64,000 nucleotides of DNA from Erysipelotrichaceae bacterium (GTDB taxonomy: Bacteria > Bacillota_I > Bacilli_A > Erysipelotrichales > Coprobacillaceae): positions 2,369-66,368 of the forward strand of contig JAETPY010000002.1 of the NCBI GenBank assembly GCA_021770925.1, in the 5' to 3' direction. The translations under genes were made by a program, and so were the position numbers. The notes below the pieces were generated by a model. That model made no database searches. It was not told where the DNA came from and saw nothing but the letters and a program-made list of their open reading frames with translations. The number at the start of each line of letters is the position of its first letter. Position 1 is the first letter of the stretch. Of the stretch, positions 59,038 to 64,000 are shown piece by piece.

Positions 59038-60447
59038 TTATTTTCTTTTTAAAAAGGATTTAAACATTCCTACAAATATATCTCCAGAAATAAAATACGC
59101 ATATCCAAGTGCTAAAACAATATCTAATCCCCAAAGAACAGGATCATTAGACCAGGCAAGCAATGAAATTATTGTAATAACTATAATCGTCAAAATCGTC
59201 AAACGCTTATTAATTCTCAAACGATAATAATTTTTATTTAAATCCCAAAAACGATATCCTGCCAAAAACAAATTAGCTGCTAAAGTTGAAAGTACTGCTG
59301 CCTGCACTCCAATTTTATTGATTAAAAGTAAATTAATAATAATATTAATTGCTGCTGCCATTGTAGTTGTAATTGACATATTTTTAGCACTTCTAACAGC
59401 TACATAGATGCTGCCAAAAAATTGTGAAAAACAATAAAAATAAGTAGCTATAATTAAAGTTGGGGTAAAATCAAAGGCTCCATACAAAGATTTATTTCGA
59501 CATAAAATTTCAAATATAATTGGTGAAGCTGCAAGTAATAAGACTGTTCCTGCAGATACAATGCAAAATAACATTTTAAACATTCGATTATAATATTTTC
59601 CACTATCTGGATCGTTTACACTTCTTGTAGCTGAATCAGTCCAGGCAAGATTAAATGCAGGATATAAAATATTAACGATTGAAGGAATTTTATTAGCAAG
59701 TGCATAAATACCATTTGCTCCTGCCCCTAAAAATATTGAAATGATCCAGCGATCTGATAATTGATTAATATACCATGATACTGTATTAGGAATAAATGGT
59801 AAAGCATACTGCAGCATTTTTGAAGCATATTCAATTCTGAGATATCTTAAACTAAAATAACTAAAGATATTGCAAACAAAAAGAACATACATAAAACCAA
59901 TTACATCTGCTAATGTTAAAGCAATCAATACACCAATGTATCCAGTTTTTAACCACAATAAACAAATAGATACAATAATAAAATTTACAATTACAACTAA
60001 TGCAGCTAAAATAGAGTATTCTTTATATTTAGAAAATGCACGTAAAACAAATCTAGATGTTGTTGCGATAATTTCGATCCAAATATAACCAATAACTAAA
60101 AATTTATAACTTCCATTAAATAAATCAATTGGTATAAAAAAACAAATAATTCCAGCTATTAACATTAATATAAAAATCATTATATACCCATTAGTAATGA
60201 CTTTTTTTTGTTCGCCAACATTTTTAGCATCAACTAAAAACCTAAATAATGCTTGTTCTAACTGCAAAGTACATAACGGCACAATAAACGATAGAATGGT
60301 AGTCGTTACCAAATCTAACTGGCCATATTGAGCATCTGTTGTTGTCCCAGTAATAATTGGTGTGGTTAGCAGATTTATTATTCTTGGCAAAAAGGTTCCA
60401 ATTGCCATAATCAATGTATTTTTAACTAGTGTTTTCTCTCTTGACAT
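59038..60447 (-). CDS. Polysaccharide flippase (Wzx/MOP)
   Basis: About 12-14 TMs; KNTLIMAIG, YALPFIPN, SDRWII, GIYALANK. Confidence 0.85.
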   Translation of the reverse strand: MSREKTLVKNTLIMAIGTFLPRIINLLTTPIITGTTTDAQYGQLDLVTTTILSFIVPLCTLQLEQALFRFLVDAKNVGEQKKVITNGYIMIFILMLIAGIICFFIPIDLFNGSYKFLVIGYIWIEIIATTSRFVLRAFSKYKEYSILAALVVIVNFIIVSICLLWLKTGYIGVLIALTLADVIGFMYVLFVCNIFSYFSLRYLRIEYASKMLQYALPFIPNTVSWYINQLSDRWIISIFLGAGANGIYALANKIPSIVNILYPAFNLAWTDSATRSVNDPDSGKYYNRMFKMLFCIVSAGTVLLLAASPIIFEILCRNKSLYGAFDFTPTLIIATYFYCFSQFFGSIYVAVRSAKNMSITTTMAAAINIIINLLLINKIGVQAAVLSTLAANLFLAGYRFWDLNKNYYRLRINKRLTILTIIVITIISLLAWSNDPVLWGLDIVLALGYAYFISGDIFVGMFKSFLKRK

Positions 60448-60490
60448 AATTTCACCCTACTTTACATTCATTATTATAACAAACCTAAAT

Positions 60491-61036
60491 CTATTTTTCA
60501 TCAATTATTGTCTTTATTGGTATATCAAACTTTTTAACTGGTAACTTTTCTACCTGTTGAAAGTTAAATGCTAAACCAATTACATTGCCACAATAATCCT
60601 TTAGATAACGATCATAATAACCACCGCCATACCCTAAACGATTATGATTTTTATCGTATGATACGATAGGAACAATAAGTAAATCAATATCTTTCTTATT
60701 AACTAAATTATCATTATTAGGCTCTAAAATACCATAATTACCTTTTTTTAATTCTTTTAATGAATTGATTAAATAAAAATTCATTTCATGATTCTTTGTT
60801 TTTGGTACACATATTTTTTTTATTTCTATCATTTCTTCAATCAAAGCAGCTGTGTTAACTTCGTTTTTAAAAGATACATAAACACCAATAGTCTTAGCAT
60901 TGATAAAATCAGGATAATTTTTTAATTTAGAAATAATAAGATTAGATTTAACAGCGTACTCTTCACTGCTTAAACCTAATCTTGTTTGAATCATTTTCCT
61001 TCGTAATCCTGCCTTATCCAATCCCTTGATCTCCAA
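60491..61036 (-). CDS. 5-formyltetrahydrofolate cyclo-ligase
   Basis: [22 protein letters not shown]. Confidence 0.92.
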   Translation of the reverse strand: MEIKGLDKAGLRRKMIQTRLGLSSEEYAVKSNLIISKLKNYPDFINAKTIGVYVSFKNEVNTAALIEEMIEIKKICVPKTKNHEMNFYLINSLKELKKGNYGILEPNNDNLVNKKDIDLLIVPIVSYDKNHNRLGYGGGYYDRYLKDYCGNVIGLAFNFQQVEKLPVKKFDIPIKTIIDEK

Positions 61037-62420
61037 AATCTAGTTTTATCAACTGATTTAACTCAACTGCATACTCCATCGGTAATTCACGTGCAAATGG
61101 CTCGATAAATCCCATAACGATCATTTCCATCGCTTCTTTTTTGGTTAGACCACGAGACATTAAATAAAACAATTGTTCCTCTGAAACCTTTGATACCGTT
61201 GCTTCATGTTCAATAATTGATTCATTATTCATCATCCAGTTAACTGGTACCGTATCACTTGTAGAAATATCATCAAGTATTAAAGTATCACATTCAACTT
61301 TACTCTTAGCATTAAATGCTTTTTTACCATGCTGTACCATTCCTCGATAATTAACTTTACCACCTCTTCTAGATACTGATTTAGAAACAATACTGCTTGA
61401 AGTATTAGGTGCCAAATGAATCATTTTTGAACCAGAGTCCATAATTTGATTTTCACCTGCTACAGCAATTGTAATACATGAGCCTTTTGCCCCCTCTTCC
61501 ATTAACATACAAGCAGGGTATTTCATAGTTACAGCACTACCAATATTACCATCGACCCATTCCATGGAACCATTCTTAAATACTTTAGCTCTTTGTGTAA
61601 CAAGATTTAAAATATTATTTGACCAGTTTTGAATCGTAGTATAACGACATTTAGCCCCTTCTTTAACAATAATTTCAACTACTCCTGCATGTAAAGAATC
61701 TTTAGAATAGCTTGGTGCTGTGCATCCTTCAACATAATGGATATCAGCTCCTTTATCTACAATAATCAAAGTTCTTTCAAACTGAGCCATTTGTTCTGAA
61801 TTTATCCTAAAATAAGACTGTAAAGGTTTTTCCAATTTTACTCCTGGAGGTACATAGATAAATGATCCCCCTGACCAAACAGCTCCATTTAAAGCTGAAA
61901 ATTTGTTGTCATTATAAGGAATTACTGTATCAAAATATTCTTTAAATAATTCTGGATATTCTCTTAACCCACTATCAATATCTAAAAAAATCACGCCTTT
62001 TTCATTAACTTCTTTTAACATATTATGATAAACAACTTCTGATTCATATTGAGTACTGACACCTGATAAATACTTTTGTTCAGCCTCAGGAATACCTAAT
62101 TTATTAAAAGTTTCTTTAATTGTTTCTGGCACTTCTTCCCACTTATTTGTTTGTTTATCACTAGGACGAATATAATATGTGTATTCATCAAAGTCAACCC
62201 TGCTTAAGTCAACACCCCAGGTAGGCATTGGTTTATCCATAAAACAACGATATGATTTTAACCGATAATCCAGCATCCAATCAGGTTCATTTTTAATTTT
62301 AGATATTTCGGTAACAATTTTTTCATTAATTCCTTTAGGAGTTTTAAAAACTGAAACATCTCCATCATTAAACCCATAGGCATATTCTTGATCTGGAATT
62401 TTATTTTTTATATCAGCCAT
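61014..62420 (-). CDS. sufB: Fe-S cluster assembly protein SufB
   Basis: [35 protein letters not shown]. Confidence 0.96.
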   Translation of the reverse strand: MADIKNKIPDQEYAYGFNDGDVSVFKTPKGINEKIVTEISKIKNEPDWMLDYRLKSYRCFMDKPMPTWGVDLSRVDFDEYTYYIRPSDKQTNKWEEVPETIKETFNKLGIPEAEQKYLSGVSTQYESEVVYHNMLKEVNEKGVIFLDIDSGLREYPELFKEYFDTVIPYNDNKFSALNGAVWSGGSFIYVPPGVKLEKPLQSYFRINSEQMAQFERTLIIVDKGADIHYVEGCTAPSYSKDSLHAGVVEIIVKEGAKCRYTTIQNWSNNILNLVTQRAKVFKNGSMEWVDGNIGSAVTMKYPACMLMEEGAKGSCITIAVAGENQIMDSGSKMIHLAPNTSSSIVSKSVSRRGGKVNYRGMVQHGKKAFNAKSKVECDTLILDDISTSDTVPVNWMMNNESIIEHEATVSKVSEEQLFYLMSRGLTKKEAMEMIVMGFIEPFARELPMEYAVELNQLIKLDFGDQGIG

Positions 62421-62430
62421 ATGTTTCCTC

Positions 62431-62859
62431 CTATTCTTGATCGAGGATTTGTTTAATTCCTGTCCATCCTAAAGTTGCACATTTAATTCGATTGGCCTGT
62501 TTATAAGTATTCATAAACACAATTGCTTCTTCAAGAATCTCAGGATCATAATCCTTTTCATATATCATATTATAATAATTTTCAATAATAACTTTAGCCT
62601 CATCAACTGTTTTACCTATTAATAATTCTGACATAATTGAAGTACTTGCAGTACAAATAGCACAAGCCTCACCATCAAAACGGATATCTTTGATAATTCC
62701 ATTTTCAACCAATGCCTGAACATCAATATCATCTATACATGTTTCTGAATCCATATTTACAGACTTATAATTATCATCATCGACTAAACCATGATTACGT
62801 GGTGATTCGTAATGATCCATGATTATTTGCCGCATCATCATACTATCCAAAGAAGGCAT
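62431..62859 (-). CDS. sufU: SUF scaffold/sulfur-transfer protein SufU
   Basis: [29 protein letters not shown]. Confidence 0.92.
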   Translation of the reverse strand: MPSLDSMMMRQIIMDHYESPRNHGLVDDDNYKSVNMDSETCIDDIDVQALVENGIIKDIRFDGEACAICTASTSIMSELLIGKTVDEAKVIIENYYNMIYEKDYDPEILEEAIVFMNTYKQANRIKCATLGWTGIKQILDQE

Positions 62860-64000
62860 CTAAAAAGTCATCCCCTTTCTTACATACCTCTATAAATTTA
62901 TCAATTTCTTCAAAGGTGTTATAAAAATAAAATGAAGCTCTAAGTGTTTGACTAACGTCTAAAAATTTATCAAGAATCTTAGCACAATGATGTCCAGACC
63001 TGATTGCAATTCCATATGTATTAAACAATGATGCGCCATCCTGGCTAAAAACCCCCTTAATATTAAAAGAAATCGCTCCATGACCATTAGGATTATAAAC
63101 TTCAATATTATCCAATTCTAATAATCTTTTAACAGCATACTGGCGTAATTCAAGTTCATATTTATGTATATTATCCATTCCTATAGCCATTAGGTATTCA
63201 ATTGCTGCTCCTAGTCCAATTGCACCTTCAATATTAGGAGTCCCGGACTCAAATTTTGCTGGTGCTGTTTTTAACTTAACAAGTCCACAGCTTTTATAAC
63301 GAGCATTGCTGCCACCGCCCCAGCGAGTTGGTTTTGTCTCTTCCAGCAAATTATATTTTCCATAAAGAATTCCTATCCCGGTTGGTCCACACATTTTATG
63401 ACCAGAAAATACTAAAAAATCCAAATCTAGTTCTTTGACATCTACTTTTTGATGAGGAACACTTTGAGCACCATCGACACAAACAATAATCCCTTTTTCA
63501 TGGGCAATCTTGCAGATTTCTTTAACTGGACTATCAAACCCCAGAACATTAGTCACTTGAGCAATCGAGATAATTTTAGTTTTATCAGTAATAGCTTTTA
63601 TTACATTTTCAACTGTCAAACGTCCTTCATCATCTAAATTAATATATTTGATTACACTTCCAACACTATCACAAACTTCAAACCATGGCAGTGTATTTGA
63701 GGCATGTTCTGCTACAGTTAATAGTATTTCATCACCTTTGTTTAGATGTGTCATTCCATAACCAAAAGCAACCATATTTAAACCATCAGTTGTTCCATAT
63801 GTATAAACGATTTCTCGATGATCACAATTAATTAACTTAGCAACAATTTTTCGAGTTTTTTCATATTGCTCATCTACATCATGAGATAAGTCATAATCAC
63901 CACGATGAGCATTACCTGAGTAATTCGTCAAATAATCACAAACGGCATCGATTACACATTGCGGTTTTAAAGTTGTGGCCCCATTATCAAAATAAATTAA
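62843..64000 (-). CDS. sufS: Cysteine desulfurase SufS (5' end runs off the window)
   Basis: Frame is open to the edge (LIYFDNGATTLKP); DGAQS, SGHKM, RSGHHCA. Confidence 0.95.
   Translation of the reverse strand, partial: LIYFDNGATTLKPQCVIDAVCDYLTNYSGNAHRGDYDLSHDVDEQYEKTRKIVAKLINCDHREIVYTYGTTDGLNMVAFGYGMTHLNKGDEILLTVAEHASNTLPWFEVCDSVGSVIKYINLDDEGRLTVENVIKAITDKTKIISIAQVTNVLGFDSPVKEICKIAHEKGIIVCVDGAQSVPHQKVDVKELDLDFLVFSGHKMCGPTGIGILYGKYNLLEETKPTRWGGGSNARYKSCGLVKLKTAPAKFESGTPNIEGAIGLGAAIEYLMAIGMDNIHKYELELRQYAVKRLLELDNIEVYNPNGHGAISFNIKGVFSQDGASLFNTYGIAIRSGHHCAKILDKFLDVSQTLRASFYFYNTFEEIDKFIEVCKKGDDFLDAFFG

Noticed and set aside
40043-63637. Plus-strand short ORFs over the chromosomal genes
   Set aside because: Antisense shadows of conserved minus-strand genes.

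Overview
Low-GC Firmicute DNA, probably Erysipelotrichales/Thomasclavelia-like (an inference from gene content). Bases 1 to about 39,240 are the right-hand part of an integrative conjugative element (ICE); its left end lies outside the window. In order the ICE carries: small accessory genes (SSB-like, a degenerate MobA/MobL-like protein, an integrase SAM-only protein, DUF2786, a sortase-like lipoprotein, a MazF/PemK-like toxin), an ArpU/RinA-type activator with tandem boxes and a structured leader, a sortase-assembled pilus cluster, DnaG primase, a Gram-positive T4SS (VirD4, VirB2, VirB6, PrgI, VirB4, NlpC/P60), ArdC, a nonsense-disrupted DprA, oriT-MobC-MOBP relaxase, a complete type III ToxIN/AbiQ toxin-antitoxin locus (3 x 36-nt RNA repeats) and a large serine recombinase. 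From about 39.3 kb the genes are minus-strand and look chromosomal: TetR/ABC exporter, DUF2935, dgkA, yutH/yunB, P-type ATPase, mglBAC with a two-component system, flippase, 5-formyl-THF cyclo-ligase, sufB/U/S. The most unusual signals are three. (1) A shared C-terminal acidic/hydrophobic alternating tail on ArdC, DprA, a PcfB-like protein, an unknown protein and, notably, the ToxN toxin; this is a candidate T4SS translocation signal and suggests conjugative toxin delivery. (2) Seven copies of a TGGTCA-N4-TGACCA hairpin at gene boundaries, with covarying flanks, seen only in the ICE. (3) A phage late-activator-like control region ahead of the transfer operon. All calls come from reading motifs by eye; no database searches were run.
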